Shown here: positions 63,545 through 64,000 of the stretch, piece after piece
Layout: each line of letters starts with the position of its first letter
Numbering within the stretch: position 1 is the stretch's first letter
Origin: Blepharisma stoltei ATCC 30299
Taxonomy: Eukaryota > Protista > Ciliophora
Reading direction: 5' to 3'
DNA: 64,000 nt
NCBI GenBank assembly: GCA_965603825.1
Contig: CBFDEM010000059.1
Coordinates: forward strand, 3,430-67,429
Notes under the pieces: generated by a model
Databases searched by the model: none
What the model was told of the DNA's origin: nothing
What the model saw: the letters and a program-made list of their open reading frames with translations, nothing else
Program-made: the position numbers and the translations under genes

Positions 63545-64000
63545 AACTTTATAACTGTTAACTTTATAACTTTATAACTTTATAACTTTATAACTTTATA
63601 ACTTTATAACTTTATAACTTTATAACTTTATAACTTTATAACTTTATAACTTTATAACTTTATAACTTTATAACTTTATAACTTTATAACTTTATAACTT
63701 TATAACTTTATAACTTTATAACTTTATAACTTTATAACTTTATAACTTTATAACTTTATAACTTTATAACTTTATAACTTTATAACTTTATAACTTTATA
63801 ACTTTATAACTTTATAACTTTATAACTTTATAACTTTATAACTTTATAACTTTATAACTTTATAACTTTATAACTTTATAACTTTATAACTTTATAACTT
63901 TATAACTTTATAACTTTATAACTTTATAACTTTATAACTTTATAACTTTATAACTTTATAACTTTATAACTTTATAACTTTATAACTTTATAACTTTATA
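63545..64000. repeat. (ACTTTATA)n 8-mer array distal to the telomere, ~55 units
   Basis: Follows a short scrambled junction (63521-63560); same 8-nt period as the telomere. Confidence 0.9.

Noticed and set aside
62760-64000. CRISPR array or coding repeat
   Set aside because: Perfect 8-mer arrays with no spacers; telomeric.
1-64000. UGA as selenocysteine or cysteine, or UAG as glutamine
   Set aside because: TGA aligns with conserved Trp and with TGG in paralogs; TAG terminates several genes at their expected C-termini (4049, 26088, 28541, 39155).

Overview
AT-rich eukaryotic DNA ending in a telomere; this is not a prokaryotic sequence. Three features point to a heterotrich ciliate macronuclear chromosome end, most likely Blepharisma. 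First, UGA is read as Trp throughout while UAA/UAG are stops, so the supplied ORF track is split at every TGA. Second, there are 15-nt GT-AG introns. Third, the telomere is (TTAGGGTG)n, i.e. (CCCTAACA)n. The window starts with a non-LTR retrotransposon (APE-RT-CCHC) cut by the left edge. Two clusters (4-22 kb and 53.8-61.4 kb) hold a family of ~1150-aa receptor-like proteins with two tandem Venus-flytrap modules and a multi-pass membrane domain, present as intact, frameshifted, truncated and inverted copies. Between them lie a lipidated pseudokinase with two tiny introns, a p24/GOLD gene, a tandem F-box array, B-box-like/coiled-coil WD40 and Kelch genes, a probable mitochondrial RAP-type helical protein, two kinases with Cys-rich tails, an EF-hand/WD40 protein, and two tandem genes fusing an ATP-grasp-like domain to a truncated haemoglobin. 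An ADP/ATP carrier pseudogene precedes the telomere, which switches to a different 8-mer, (ACTTTATA)n. There is also a 283-bp TA-bounded IES-like insertion, a 157-bp TAT-bounded deletion and an ~90-bp palindrome. All domain calls come from motif recognition by eye, with no database searches.
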